A stretch of DNA of 64,000 nt, from assembly GCA_964291495.2 (NCBI GenBank), contig OZ219871.1, positions 1,592,922-1,656,921 of the forward strand, read 5' to 3'. The translations under genes and the position numbers were made by a program. How positions within the stretch are numbered: the first letter of the stretch is position 1; every line of letters starts with the position of its first letter. The notes beneath the pieces were generated by a model. That model saw nothing but the letters and a program-made list of their open reading frames with translations, ran no database searches and was not told where the DNA came from. Source of the stretch: Dehalococcoidia bacterium (lineage in GTDB: Bacteria; Chloroflexota; Dehalococcoidia; UBA2979). Shown piece by piece: positions 1 to 11,795 of the stretch.

Positions 1-82
1 GGCCTCCGGGCTTACCGCTCTCCCCCACCCCACCCTGTCACCACGTGAGAGGCGCAACAGCGTCCGGTGCTAGACTCGCTGC

Positions 83-1528
83 ATGGCGAATGAGGCGCTG
101 ATCCGCGAGCTGCAGGACGCCCTCGGCGAGGCGCATGTGCTGCACCTGCCCGAGGATCTGATCGGCTACGAATACGACGCGACGATCGAGCGCGCGCGCC
201 CGGACGCCGTCGTGCTCCCCGACAGCGCCGAGGAGGTCGCGGCGGCGGTCGAGATCGCGAGCCGGCACCGCGTGCCGGTGGTGCCTCGGGGCTCCGGGAC
301 GGGGCTGGCGGGCGGCGCGGTGCCGGTCCTCGGCGGCGTGGCGCTCGTGATGACGCGCATGAACCGCATCCTCGAGCTGGACCCGGTGAACCGCGTCGCC
401 GTCCTCGAGCCGGGGGTGATCAACCTTGATCTGCAGGACCGCTGCGCCAAGTACGGGCTGCGCTACGCGCCCGACCCCTCCTCGCAGCGGATCTGCACGA
501 TCGGCGGCAACGTCGGGACGAACGCCGGCGGGCCGCACACGCTCGCGCACGGGAGCACCGTCAACCACGTGCTCGGCATCGAGGTGGTCCTGCCGGACGG
601 GCGGCTGACCTGGCTCGGCGGGCGGCAACCTGACGTGCCGGGGCCGGACCTGCGCGGCGTCCTCTGTGGCTCCGAGGGCACGCTCGGCATTGTCACCAAG
701 GTCTGCGTCGCGCTCGTCAGCCTGCCGCCCGACGTACGCACCATGCTCGCGATCTTCGACAGCGTCGACGACGCCTCGGAGGCCGTCTCGGCGGTGATCC
801 GCGGCGGCGTGCTGCCGGTGGCGATGGAGATGCTGGACCAGGCGATCATCCGCATCGTCGAGCCGCAGATGCACGTCGGCTACCCGCTCGACGCCGGCGC
901 GGTGCTGCTGATCGAGGTCGAGGGCGTCCCGGAGTCGGTCGCCGCCGACGTGGAGCGCGTCGAGGAAGCCTGCCGCGGCGCGGGCGCGCGCGAGATCCGC
1001 GTCGCCGAGTCCGAGCAGGAGCGAGCGCGGCTCTGGGAGGGTCGGAAGGGCGGGATCGGCGCGATCGGCGCCAGCTCGCCGAACTTCTACATCCTCGACG
1101 GCGTCGTGCCGCGCACGAAGCTGCCGGAGGTGATGGCGGCGGTGAACGGGCTGGCCGACGAGTACGGCTTCCGCTGCGCCAACATCTTCCACGCCGGCGA
1201 CGGCAACCTGCACCCCAACATCATGTTCGACGAGCTCGACGAGGGCGCGACCGAGCGCGTGCTCGACCTCGGCGGGGAGATCATGCGCGTTTGCGTCGAG
1301 GCCGGCGGCTCGATCACCGGCGAGCACGGCATCGGCTTCGAGAAGCGCTCCTACATGGAGTGGATCTTCGCCCCCCAGGACATCGAGGCGATGGAGCACC
1401 TGCGCATCGCGTTCGGCACGGGCGACACATTCAACCCCTGCAAGGTGATGCCCTCCGGACACGGCTGCGCCTCCGGGCATGCCGCCGAGCTGCGCCAGCA
1501 CATCGCGACGCCCGGCGTCTACATCTAG
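83..1528 (+). CDS. glcD: FAD-linked oxidase, glycolate oxidase subunit GlcD-like
   Basis: PRGSGTGLAGG FAD-binding motif, PDPSS..CTIGGN, FHAGDGNLHP and ITGEHGIG motifs; first of a glcDEF-like triplet. Confidence 0.9.
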   Translation: MANEALIRELQDALGEAHVLHLPEDLIGYEYDATIERARPDAVVLPDSAEEVAAAVEIASRHRVPVVPRGSGTGLAGGAVPVLGGVALVMTRMNRILELDPVNRVAVLEPGVINLDLQDRCAKYGLRYAPDPSSQRICTIGGNVGTNAGGPHTLAHGSTVNHVLGIEVVLPDGRLTWLGGRQPDVPGPDLRGVLCGSEGTLGIVTKVCVALVSLPPDVRTMLAIFDSVDDASEAVSAVIRGGVLPVAMEMLDQAIIRIVEPQMHVGYPLDAGAVLLIEVEGVPESVAADVERVEEACRGAGAREIRVAESEQERARLWEGRKGGIGAIGASSPNFYILDGVVPRTKLPEVMAAVNGLADEYGFRCANIFHAGDGNLHPNIMFDELDEGATERVLDLGGEIMRVCVEAGGSITGEHGIGFEKRSYMEWIFAPQDIEAMEHLRIAFGTGDTFNPCKVMPSGHGCASGHAAELRQHIATPGVYI

Positions 1529-1538
1529 GCCGCGCGCC

Positions 1539-2761
1539 ATGAGCAACGAGGCAGCGCCGGACCCGGCGGCGTACTCGATCGACGGCGTCACGCCCGACCG
1601 GGCCTGGCGGCCCGGCTCCGCCGAGGAGGTCGCGGAGCTGCTCGCCTCGGCCGCCGCCGAAGGGCAGGTAGTCTCGCCCCAGGGCGGCCGCACGGCGCTC
1701 TCGCTCGGCCGCCCGCTCGAGCGCTACGACGTGGCATTGGACCTCACCGGCCTCGATCGCACCGTCGCCTACGAGCCGGACGACCTGACCGTGACCGTCG
1801 GCGCGGGGATGAGCCTGCGCGCGTTGCAGTCGATGCTCGCCGAGTACGGCCAGTACCTCCCGATCGACCCGCCGCCCGACGGCAGCGTCTCGATCGGCGG
1901 GCTGCTGGCGACGGCGCGGCCGGGCGCCTGGCGCGGGCAACTGCCGGCGGCCCGCGACCTGCTGCTCGGCGCGACGGTCGCGACGCCCTCGGGCGAGCTC
2001 GTGACCACGGGCGGGCGCGTCGTCAAGAACGTCAGCGGCTACGACCTGCACCGCCTGCACACCGGTGCGCTCGGCGTCTTCGGCGTGATCGTCGAGGCCT
2101 CGTTCAAGCTCGCCACGCTGCCCCCCGGCACGCGCTCGCTGGCCGTGCCCCGCGAGACCGTCGAGGACGCCGCCGCGCTCGCCTTCGAGCTGCGCGAGCT
2201 TGCGCTGCCGCTGCGCGCGCTCTCCGTGCTCTCGCCGCAGGCGTCCGCCGTCGCCGGCCTCGACGAGCGCCCGCACGTGCTGATCGAGGCGATGGGCGAC
2301 GAGGCGACGCTCGACCGCTGCGCGGCGGCGATCGACGAGGTGGCCGCAGGCGAGGCGATCGAGCCGCTTGCCGGCGCATGGGACCGCCTGCGCGCCCTCG
2401 CGGGCAGCGATCAGGGCGTCGTGCTGCGCCTCGGCGTGCCGGCGGCTGAGCTTGCCGCGACGATCGACGCGATCGAGGACAGCGCGGGCAGTTCCAGGGA
2501 CGCGCGAGGCCTCATGGCCTGGGGGCACCTCACGGCGGGCAGCGTGATCGCGGCGGGCGCGGCCGTCGAGACGTCGGACGTGCTCGCGCTGCGCGCCCGC
2601 GCCGAGCAGCGCGGCGGCTTCCTGCAGATCGAGGCTGGCCCACCCGAACTGCGGGCGCAGGTCGACCCCTTCGGCGAGGCCGAGCGCACGCTCGTGCGTG
2701 CGCTGCGGCGTCAGTTCGATCCGGGGCGTACCATCAACCGTGGACGCTGGGAGGCGGAATC

Positions 2762-2765
<4 letters not shown>
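1539..2765 (+). CDS. glcE: FAD-binding oxidoreductase, glycolate oxidase subunit GlcE-like
   Basis: YEPDDLTVTV, GGRVVKNVSGYDL, FDP..INRG motifs; start moved to ATG 1539 just after the glcD stop. Confidence 0.85.
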
Positions 2766-4078
<1,313 letters not shown>

Positions 4079-4104
4079 CCGCCCTCACGCGCAGCCGCAG
4101 CGCC

Positions 4105-4491
4105 TGTCCGGTCCCCTCTCCGCTCGCGGGCTCTCCCCTCCCGTCATTCCGGCGAAAGCCGGAATCCAGTCGGGGCATCGGCCGATCGGGGCGCAACAAC
4201 CGATCGATGCGGCAGCTCCGCCGGCGAGCCCCCTCACCCCAACCCTCTCCCCCAGGAGAGGGGGCCGGGTCGGCGCACCAACCTCCGAGGGCGGATTCGG
4301 TTCCCTCTCCCCTCGCGGGAGAGGGCGGAGGGTGAGGGGGAGCGGGCGCAGCCCGCCAGCCCCGCCGGGCACGGGGCCCCGGGGGCAACGACCCCATCGA
4401 GGCGGCAGCTCCGCCGGCGAGCCCCCTCACCCCCACCCTCTCCCCCAGGAGAGGGGGCCGGAGCGGCGCACGAACCTTCCGAGGACCGGAT
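4105..4491. repeat. Mosaic REP-like palindromic repeat cluster R1
   Basis: GTCATTCCGGCGAAAGCCGGAATCCAG at 4143-4169 and three CCCTCACCC..CCCTCTCCC..GGAGAGGG modules; lies between convergent genes. Confidence 0.9.
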
Positions 4492-4496
4492 CGCCC

Positions 4497-5000
4497 TCAG
4501 AGCAGCCGCGGCGCCTGCGGCGCGGCCTCGATGAGGGAGCCGTCCTTGAGCAGGTGGCGGATGCGCGCGCCGCGCGCGAGCAGGGCGGGGGCGACGAGCA
4601 GTGTGCGGTGGCAGCGCTCCGGCGCGCCCTCGGAGCACATGATCGCCGTCGGCGTCGCCTCGGCGGCGGCGACCAGGCGCTCAACGGCCTCGAGGAAGGG
4701 TGGGTGCTGCGCCATCAGCCTGTAGTCGGGCTCGCCGTCCGCCGTGCGCAGCGCGGGGTCATCGGGGCGTCCGCCGAGCGCGGGCTCCCACTCGTAGGCG
4801 ATGCCCGCCGCCTCCGAGGCGGCCTCGATGGACTTGCGGTTGAACTGAGGGTGCCAGCGGCTGTACGGCGTCGAGCGCACGTCGACGAGCCGCCCGACGC
4901 CGGCACGCCGCAGGTTGCCGATCAGCACCTCGAGCGCGAGATTGCCGTGCCCGACCGTCAGGATCACCGGCGCAGCGTGCGGCATCGGCCCGCGGGTCAC
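4497..5000 (-). CDS. DUF488 family protein
   Basis: ILTVGHGN, LVDVRSTPYSR, LGGR, IMCSE..P.RCHR motifs typical of DUF488. Confidence 0.85.
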   Translation of the reverse strand: MTRGPMPHAAPVILTVGHGNLALEVLIGNLRRAGVGRLVDVRSTPYSRWHPQFNRKSIEAASEAAGIAYEWEPALGGRPDDPALRTADGEPDYRLMAQHPPFLEAVERLVAAAEATPTAIMCSEGAPERCHRTLLVAPALLARGARIRHLLKDGSLIEAAPQAPRLL

Positions 5001-6913
5001 CCCGCCCGGATCTGGCGCACCAGCGCGGCGGCCACCTCGTAGCGGCCGAACGAGGGCATGACGTAGACGCCGGAAACCCAGTCGAGGGCGCGCGCCTCCT
5101 CGATCTGCTCGGTCGCGATCTCCAGGCCAGCGTCGGCGCCGGCCTCGCCTGCCGCGCGCATCCGCTCACGGATCGCGTCGGGGATGATCACGCCCTCCAG
5201 CTCGTTGTGGATGAACTCCGTGTGGCGCGAGGACATGAGCGGCAGGATGCCGAGCAGCACCGGCGCCTCGACGGCGCCGAGGCGCTCGAAGAAGTCCTCG
5301 AGCGTCGCGAGGTCGTAGACGGGCTGCGTCATCAGCAGGTCCGCGCCCGCGTTCAGCTTCGCGCGCACGCGGCCCAGCTCGACCGGGATGTCGCCGGCCG
5401 TCGGGTTCGCCGCGCTGGCGATCAGGAAATCGGTGGGGCGGCCGAGCGAGTTGCCGGCGACGTCCACGCCCTCGTTGAGCCGCTTGAGGATGCGGATGAA
5501 CCCGATCGCGTCCACGTCCCAGACCGCCGAGGACTGCGAGGCCTCTGGCGGCGGGTCGCCGGTGAGCGCGATCACGTTGCGCACGCCCAGCGCGTGCGCG
5601 CCCAGCAGGTCGGCCTGCAGCGCCATCAGGTTCCGGTCGCGCGTCGTCTGGTGGATGATCGTCTCGATCCCCGCCTCGCGCTGGATCTCGACCGCGAGGG
5701 CGAGCGCGCTCATCCGCACGCGCGCCATCGGCGAGTCGCCGATGTTGATCGCGTCGGCGCCCGCCTCGCGCAGCAGCCGCGCGCCCTCGACGGCCTTGCG
5801 CGGGTTGATGCCGCGCGGAGGATCGATCTCGACCGAGACGACGTAGGCGCCGGCGGCGAGCTTGTCGCGCAGCCGCGCCGTCTCGCCGTCCGGCTCGATC
5901 TCCGCGGCCTCGCCGTCCGCGCCCTCGGCGGGCTCGTCGGCCGGGGGTAGTCCCGTGTCGAGGCCGCCGCCGCGCGTGTCGGTCACTGCGAGCGGTACGC
6001 CCCCGCCCTCGGAAGCGCCGTCCGCGTCGTCGCCGCTCGCGCCGTCGAGCGCCTCGCGCATCGCGCGGATGTGCGCGGGCGTGGCGCCGCAGCAGCCGCC
6101 GACGACGGCGGCGCTGAGGTCCTTGGCGCGCAGCGCGAAGTTGGCGAAGTAGTCGGGCGACGAGGGGTAGAGCGGCTGCCCGCCGGTGATGCGCGGCAGG
6201 CCGGCGTTGGGCTTGACGAACAGCGGCGCCTCGATGCCCGCGGCCGCCAGTTCCTGCAGGATGTCGAGCGTCGCGCGCGGGCCGACGCCGCAGTTGACGC
6301 CGACCACGTCCGCACCGCCCTCGGCCGCGAGCAGCTCCGCCACCTCGCGCGGCGACTCGCCCGCCGGCGTCGTCAGCGCCGCGACGAAATCGAGCGCGGC
6401 GATCACCGGCAGGTCCGTGACCGCGCGCACCGCGTCGAGGGCGATGCGCACTTCGGCGAGCGAGGGGAAGGTCTCCAGCACGATCGCGTCGACGCCGCCC
6501 TCGACGAGCGCGCCGACCTGCTCGCGGACGGCCTCGCCGGCCTCCTCCGGTGTGACGCTGCCGACGGCGAGGTCGCGCCCGAAGGGGCCGATCGAGCCGC
6601 CGATAAAGGCGGGCGCGCCGATGATCTCGCGGGCGTCGCGGGCGATCCGGGCGGCCTGGAAGTTCACGTCGCGCACGCGCTCGCCGTAGCCGCGGCGCGC
6701 CAGCTGGATGCGCGTCGCCTCGAAGGTGTCGGTCAGGATCAGGTCGGCGCCGGCGCGCAGGTACTCCTCGTGCAGCGCGCGCACGCGGTCCGGTTCCTCG
6801 AGGACAGCAAGCGCGCCGTGGCCGCGCCAGCCTCGGGCGCGCAGCTCCGTGCCGGTCGCCCCGTCGGCGAGCAGCACGCGCTCACGAATCGCCTCGATGA
6901 AGGGATGGGCCAC
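4997..6913 (-). CDS. yitJ: Bifunctional homocysteine S-methyltransferase / methylenetetrahydrofolate reductase (YitJ-like)
   Basis: N-terminal DGATGT, GVNC and GGCCG Zn-ligand motifs; C-terminal MTHFR domain (VEIDPP, RDRN..LQ, TGDPP, TQPVYD). Confidence 0.9.
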   Translation of the reverse strand: MAHPFIEAIRERVLLADGATGTELRARGWRGHGALAVLEEPDRVRALHEEYLRAGADLILTDTFEATRIQLARRGYGERVRDVNFQAARIARDAREIIGAPAFIGGSIGPFGRDLAVGSVTPEEAGEAVREQVGALVEGGVDAIVLETFPSLAEVRIALDAVRAVTDLPVIAALDFVAALTTPAGESPREVAELLAAEGGADVVGVNCGVGPRATLDILQELAAAGIEAPLFVKPNAGLPRITGGQPLYPSSPDYFANFALRAKDLSAAVVGGCCGATPAHIRAMREALDGASGDDADGASEGGGVPLAVTDTRGGGLDTGLPPADEPAEGADGEAAEIEPDGETARLRDKLAAGAYVVSVEIDPPRGINPRKAVEGARLLREAGADAINIGDSPMARVRMSALALAVEIQREAGIETIIHQTTRDRNLMALQADLLGAHALGVRNVIALTGDPPPEASQSSAVWDVDAIGFIRILKRLNEGVDVAGNSLGRPTDFLIASAANPTAGDIPVELGRVRAKLNAGADLLMTQPVYDLATLEDFFERLGAVEAPVLLGILPLMSSRHTEFIHNELEGVIIPDAIRERMRAAGEAGADAGLEIATEQIEEARALDWVSGVYVMPSFGRYEVAAALVRQIRAG

Positions 6914-6975
6914 GGGGAAGTCCTGTCCGCGGTCCGCTCGGCCGCCGCGCCCGCCCGAGGTCGCCGGGCGTCGGC

Positions 6976-7431
6976 TCAGCTGACGGCCGCCCGCTCCTCG
7001 AGCAGGCTCTCGATCTGGCGGTAGTCGGCGTCCGAGATCTTGTGCAGGTTGCCGCGGAAGGCCATGCCCAGCTTCTTCGGGCCGAAGTTGCGGGTCTTGT
7101 CCAGCAGTTCAGTGATCTCGCGCACATCCACGTAGTCGCCGGGCTCCGGGATCACCAGCGGCTTCGTCTGCACGCGGTAGGGGAAGCTCTCGACCTCGCC
7201 CTTCGACTCCGAATGCAGCCCGATGTCCGTCTCGTCCTCGAAGGCTTCCGAGGTGATCTCGGCGATCCCGCCGAACTGCACGACCTTGGTGAGGTAGAAG
7301 ACGATGCGGTCGCCCGGCTGCATGTCCGCGCTCTGCTTGCGGCGCGAGGACTTGAAGGCGGCGAGGTCGAAGCCGCGCTCGCGCAGCAACTCGAAGTTCT
7401 CGGCGGAGCCGACGGCGATCCAGGCCTGCAT
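6976..7431 (-). CDS. EVE (PUA-like) domain protein
   Basis: W..V...NF, MQPGDRIVFY, FPYRV pattern; strong AAGGAGG RBS. Confidence 0.8.
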   Translation of the reverse strand: MQAWIAVGSAENFELLRERGFDLAAFKSSRRKQSADMQPGDRIVFYLTKVVQFGGIAEITSEAFEDETDIGLHSESKGEVESFPYRVQTKPLVIPEPGDYVDVREITELLDKTRNFGPKKLGMAFRGNLHKISDADYRQIESLLEERAAVS

Positions 7432-7577
7432 CTGGTTCCTCCTTGGCTGGTCACGCCCTCTGGGGGGCGGCTTGAGGCTGTGGTGTCAGGATAGCGCGCG
7501 GCGGCGTGCATCCGCCCGCGGTGCGTTGCCGCTTGCTCGCTGTGTGTCTCCGAGGGCGGGCAGTCCCGCCGGCGCTC

Positions 7578-7973
7578 CTAGGTGCAGGCGCGGGGCGTGC
7601 CTTGCGGCTGGCCGGACTGGGCCTGGAAGGACGAGCCGCAGGCGCAGGCCGCCGTGGCGTTCGGGTTGTAGATCGTGAAGCCGGACTTCATGAGGTCCTC
7701 GACGTAGTCGACCTCGGCGCCGTGCAGCATCGGGACCGACTCCTCGTCGACGAGGATGCGCACGCCCTCGGCGGCGTGGATCTCGGTGTCGTCCGGCTCG
7801 ACCTCCTTCGCGAGGGCCATGCCGTACTGCCAGCCTGAGCAGCCGCCGCCGACGACGAAGACGCGCAGCGCGGCGTCCGGCATCTCCTTCTCCACGAGCA
7901 GGGCGCGCGCCTTTTCGGCGGCGCGGTCGGTGATCGACACGAGGCTGCTGATCGGTTCGAACGTGGTGGTCAT
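7578..7973 (-). CDS. A-type Fe-S carrier (IscA/ErpA/HesB family)
   Basis: GGGCSGWQY and NPNA..CACGSSF; true start ATG 7973, the upstream ORF extension is repeat DNA. Confidence 0.9.
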   Translation of the reverse strand: MTTTFEPISSLVSITDRAAEKARALLVEKEMPDAALRVFVVGGGCSGWQYGMALAKEVEPDDTEIHAAEGVRILVDEESVPMLHGAEVDYVEDLMKSGFTIYNPNATAACACGSSFQAQSGQPQGTPRACT

Positions 7974-8030
7974 CACATCCCCCGGATCTTCCTGGGCACC
8001 ATGATAGCACCCTCCGGCTTCCCTTCCCTC

Positions 8031-8315
8031 CGGCCCCCTCTCCTGGGAGCCGGCGCCCCTCCCGTCACTCCGGCGAAAGCCGGAATCCAGCCGTAGGGCA
8101 GCGAGCGCTCGTTGCCCCACGGAGCTCCGGCGTGCCGGCCGCGCTGGCGCGCGGCGCCCCCTCACCCCCGCCCTCTCCCGCGAGGGGAGAGGGGGTCGGA
8201 TTGGGACCCTCCCGGCCTCTCCCGCGAGGGGAGAGGGAGTCCGCCTCCGGTCCCCTCTCCCCCGGCGGGAGAGGGTTAGGGTGAGGGGGACTCCGAGGGC
8301 GCCGGAGGGTGCGCC
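8031..8315. repeat. Mosaic REP-like repeat cluster R2
   Basis: GTCACTCCGGCGAAAGCCGGAATCCAG at 8064-8090 plus several CCCTCTCCC..GGGAGAGGG hairpins; right part is an inverted copy of about 41572-41645. Confidence 0.9.
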
Positions 8316-8329
8316 TTCGAGCGTCGCTG

Positions 8330-9022
8330 TCAGCCGGCCCGCACGAGAAACGCGCAAACCTCGCCGCCGGAAGCCTCGAGGCCCGGTTCAGCCTCGACCG
8401 GCGCACCGATCAGCGCGGCCAGCAGCTCGCAATCGCGCTTGCAGTCGGCGTGCGCGTCGGCGTCGCCGAACTCGCCGCGCAGCCGCCTGCTCGGGCAGCC
8501 GCGCGCCAGCATCCGCAGGTCGCCTCCGCGCTCCGCCGCCTCGACCTCGACCTCGAAGCCCTCGTCCTCGAGCAGGGCGGCGACGGCGCGCGCGCGCTCC
8601 TCGATGTCGCGTCCGCCGACGCGAGGCGCGTACTCGGCGGCGAGCCGGTTGCTGAGCTTCGCGAAGACGAGGTCGGCGATCTCCTCGCCGCCGCGCCCGG
8701 CGGTCTCCTCCGCGGTGAGTTCGGAGATCTCGTGCAGCAGGCGGCGGGTGATGCGCACGTAGTGGCGGCCGAACAGCTCGGCGCCGGCCTCGGTCAGCGA
8801 GAAGACGTAGCGGGGGCGCCCGGTGCGCCCTCGGAGCTGGCTGACGGCGACGTAGCCGTCGCGCAGCAGCACGTCGAGGTGGCGGCGCACGGTCGCCCCG
8901 GCGAGCCCGAGTTCCCCCGCGAGATCGTCGACCGAGCGTTCGTCGTGCCGCCGCAGGATGTCGAGGATCGCCTCGCGCGTGCCGCCGGTGCGGCTGCGCG
9001 TGCCGTCAGGGCGCGCAGTCAT
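8330..9022 (-). CDS. ArsR/DeoR-type HTH regulator, SufR-like
   Basis: TREAILDIL..LAGELGL..TVRRHL..GRP wHTH, C-terminal CP..C..C Cys; directly upstream of the A-type Fe-S carrier. Confidence 0.75.
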   Translation of the reverse strand: MTARPDGTRSRTGGTREAILDILRRHDERSVDDLAGELGLAGATVRRHLDVLLRDGYVAVSQLRGRTGRPRYVFSLTEAGAELFGRHYVRITRRLLHEISELTAEETAGRGGEEIADLVFAKLSNRLAAEYAPRVGGRDIEERARAVAALLEDEGFEVEVEAAERGGDLRMLARGCPSRRLRGEFGDADAHADCKRDCELLAALIGAPVEAEPGLEASGGEVCAFLVRAG

Positions 9023-9047
9023 CCATTCGAGGTTAGCAGATCGGGGG

Positions 9048-9317
9048 TTGGGGGAGCGGCCGGAGAAGACCACCTGGTACTTCGACAATAGAGTGCTGCC
9101 CAAGCGGCCCGAGATTGATCCGGCGTGGTGCCTCGACGTGATCAGTGATCCGCTCCACACGGAAGTTCAGGCGGACGGTCGTATCCGCTTCTGGGGCGAG
9201 GTCTTGCTCCGTGACGAGGACGAACCGCGTATCATGCGAGTGGTGACGCTCGAGGATGGCGAAACGATCCACAACGCGTTCCTCGACAGGGACTTCCGGA
9301 GGGCAGGCACCCCGTGA
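9048..9317 (+). CDS. Small putative toxin (RelE/DUF4258-like) paired with DUF2283
   Basis: KTTWYF..KRP.I..DGRIRFW..RVVTLEDGETIHNAF.DR; GTGA-coupled to DUF2283 gene; TTG start uncertain. Confidence 0.6.
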   Translation: MGERPEKTTWYFDNRVLPKRPEIDPAWCLDVISDPLHTEVQADGRIRFWGEVLLRDEDEPRIMRVVTLEDGETIHNAFLDRDFRRAGTP

Positions 9318-9529
9318 AGGTAAGCCACGACCCCGAGACGGACATGCTGTACATCGAGTTCGAGGACCGTCCCAGCCTCGAATCGTTCGAGTTGTGCGAC
9401 GGGATCGTCGTCGACCTCGACGCGGATGAGCACGTCGTCGGCATCGAGGTCGAGTGGGCCTCGCAGAAGCTCGACATCGAGCGGCTGCGGGCTGTCCTTG
9501 AGCCGGAGCCCGCCGCTCGCCCTGCCTGA
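9314..9529 (+). CDS. DUF2283 domain protein (putative antitoxin)
   Basis: MKVSHDPETDMLYIEF...VVDLD...VVGIEV signature. Confidence 0.85.
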   Translation: MKVSHDPETDMLYIEFEDRPSLESFELCDGIVVDLDADEHVVGIEVEWASQKLDIERLRAVLEPEPAARPA

Positions 9530-9547
9530 CCCGCGCCGTCGGCGCGT

Positions 9548-9593
9548 CCCCCTCACCCCAACCCTCTCCCTCCAGGGAGGGGGAGCCGGATCC
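9548..9593. repeat. Single REP-like module R3
   Basis: CCCCTCACCCCAACCCTCTCCCTCCAGGGAGGGGGAGCCGGATCC. Confidence 0.8.
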
Positions 9594-9658
9594 GCCTTCG
9601 GATGGCCGGAGGAGCGCGCGGCGGGCCGGGCGCGGCGCGGGCGGGTATTCTGGTAGCG

Positions 9659-10888
9659 ATGACCTCAGCCGCCGCGCGACGCGTTTACCTGGACCACGCC
9701 GCCACCACGCCGCCCGACCCGGCCGTGGTCGAGGCGATGCGGCCGTGGTTCGAGGAGCGCTGGCACAATCCGTCCTCGATTTACGTCGAGGCGCAGCGCG
9801 CGCAGCAGGCGCTCGACGAGGCGCGGGCGACCGTCGCGGCCTGGCTCGGCGCGACTCCGGGGGAGATCGTCTTCACCTCGGGCGGGTCGGAGTCGAACAG
9901 CCTCGCTTTGCGCGGGGCGCTGGGCGCGGCGCGCGGGCGCCGTCACCTCGTCACCACCGCCGTCGAGCACCACGCCGTGCTCGACACCGCCGAGCAGCTC
10001 GAGCGCGAGGGCGCCGAACTGACGATCGTCGGCGTCGACGCCGAGGGCCGCGCCGACCCAGCCGAGGTCGAGGCGGCCGTGCGCGACGACACGGCGCTCG
10101 TCTCGGTGATGCACGCCAACAACGAGGTCGGCGTGCTGAACGACATCGCCGAGATCAGCCGCCGCGTCCACGCGCGCAACCCGCGCACGCTGGTGCACAC
10201 CGACGCCGTGCAGTCGGCGGCGCACCTCGGCGTGCACGCCGGACGGCTCGGCGTCGACCTGCTGACGGCGACGGCGCACAAGCTCTACGGACCTCGAGGC
10301 GCGGGCGTGCTCTACCAGCGCGCCGGTACGCCGGTCACGCCGCAGATCCTCGGCGGCGGCCAGGAGGAGGGGCGGCGCGCCGGCACCGAGAACACGCCGG
10401 CCGTCGTCGGCCTCGCCCGCGCGGCCGCGATCGCGCAGGCCCGCCGCGAGGATGACCTCGCGCACGAGCGCGCGCTGCAGCAGCGGCTGATCGAGGAGCT
10501 GCCGAGGCGCGTGCCGATGCTCGGCGTGACCGGCCCGCGCGACCTCGACGAGCGGCTGCCGGGCAACGTCTCGGTCGTCGTCGCCTTCGTCGAGGGCGAG
10601 TCGATCCTGCTGGCGCTCGACCTCGCGGGCATCGCGGCCTCCTCGGGCTCGGCCTGCACGACGGGGTCGGTGGAGCCGAGCCACGTGCTGGTGGCGATGG
10701 GCCTGCCGCCGGAGCTGGCGCGCGGCTCGCTGCGCTTCACGCTCGGGCGCGACAACACCGACGAGGACGTCGACCGCCTGCTCGAGGTACTGCCGGGCGC
10801 CGTCGAACGGCTGCGCGCGCTCTCGCCGGTGCCGGCGACGGAGCCGCCGCCGGACTGGAGGCCGTGGCTGGACGGCGCGACCCGTTGA
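9659..10888 (+). CDS. iscS: Cysteine desulfurase (IscS/NifS family)
   Basis: YLDHAATT, HTDAVQ, AHKLYGP (PLP Lys), SSGSACT (catalytic Cys). Confidence 0.93.
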   Translation: MTSAAARRVYLDHAATTPPDPAVVEAMRPWFEERWHNPSSIYVEAQRAQQALDEARATVAAWLGATPGEIVFTSGGSESNSLALRGALGAARGRRHLVTTAVEHHAVLDTAEQLEREGAELTIVGVDAEGRADPAEVEAAVRDDTALVSVMHANNEVGVLNDIAEISRRVHARNPRTLVHTDAVQSAAHLGVHAGRLGVDLLTATAHKLYGPRGAGVLYQRAGTPVTPQILGGGQEEGRRAGTENTPAVVGLARAAAIAQARREDDLAHERALQQRLIEELPRRVPMLGVTGPRDLDERLPGNVSVVVAFVEGESILLALDLAGIAASSGSACTTGSVEPSHVLVAMGLPPELARGSLRFTLGRDNTDEDVDRLLEVLPGAVERLRALSPVPATEPPPDWRPWLDGATR

Positions 10889-10981
10889 GGGATCTCGGGC
10901 GCGTCCGGGCCTGCGCGGCGCTGTCGTTTGCCGCCTCACCGCCCCTCCGCTACGATCGCCGCGCGAAGGCGGGAGTTCCCC

Positions 10982-11677
10982 GTGGTGACTACGGACGGCG
11001 ATACCCGGCAGCGCCTCGCGCTCTTCGACCAGGCGCGCGACATGGCCCCGCTCGACCTCGAGGAAGAGGTGCGCAAGAACGTGCTCCTGTCCTCGGTGGA
11101 CGGGATGCTGAACTGGGCGCGCTCGTCCTCGCTGTGGCCGGCGATGTTCGGGCTGGCCTGCTGCGCGATCGAGATGATCGCGACGGCGACCTCGCGCTAC
11201 GACATCGCACGCTTCGGGTCCGAGGTGTTCCGCGCATCGCCGCGGCAGGCGGACCTGATGATCGTGGCCGGCACGGTGACCTGGAAGATGGCGCCGGCGG
11301 TGCGGCGGGTCTACCTGCAGATGGCCGAGCCGAAGTGGGTCATCTCGATGGGCGGTTGCGCGATCATGGGCGGGCCGTTCGCCTACGGCTACTCGGTGCT
11401 GCCGGGCGTGAACCTCGTCTGCCCGGTCGACGTCTACGTGCCGGGCTGCCCGCCGCGGCCGGAGTCGCTGCTGCAGGGCCTGATGATGCTGCAGGACAAG
11501 ATCAACGCCTTCGGCATCGAGGGCCGCCGCGACCGCCTCCAGCCGGACGGCGACTTCTCCCCCTACCTGCCCGAGGGCGACCCGATCCGGCGCGAGCTGG
11601 AGTCGCTGTTCCCGCCCTACGAGGGCCTCGAGGACCCGGAGCGCCGCTCGGGCGGGGTGCCGCTGCTGCAGCGCTAA
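10982..11677 (+). CDS. nuoB: NADH-quinone oxidoreductase subunit B
   Basis: [37 protein letters not shown]; GTG start after GGGAG. Confidence 0.93.
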   Translation: MVTTDGDTRQRLALFDQARDMAPLDLEEEVRKNVLLSSVDGMLNWARSSSLWPAMFGLACCAIEMIATATSRYDIARFGSEVFRASPRQADLMIVAGTVTWKMAPAVRRVYLQMAEPKWVISMGGCAIMGGPFAYGYSVLPGVNLVCPVDVYVPGCPPRPESLLQGLMMLQDKINAFGIEGRRDRLQPDGDFSPYLPEGDPIRRELESLFPPYEGLEDPERRSGGVPLLQR

Positions 11678-11736
11678 CGCGCGCCCGTTCCACGCTCGGA
11701 CAGACGGCGCCTCGCGACACCGCGCGCCCGTGGCAC

Positions 11737-11765
11737 TTGCGCAGTGGGGCGGGATTGGGTACAAA
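11737..11765 (+). promoter_or_regulatory. Putative sigma70-type promoter of groEL
   Basis: TTGCGC-17 bp-TACAAA immediately before the CIRCE. Confidence 0.55.
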
Positions 11766-11768
11766 CGA

Positions 11769-11795
11769 TTAGCACTCGACAGGTGAGAGTGCTAA
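11769..11795 (+). promoter_or_regulatory. CIRCE element (HrcA operator)
   Basis: Exact TTAGCACTC-N9-GAGTGCTAA upstream of groEL. Confidence 0.97.

Noticed and set aside
7578-7973. HesB-like selenoprotein
   Set aside because: All conserved Cys positions are Cys codons; there is no in-frame TGA
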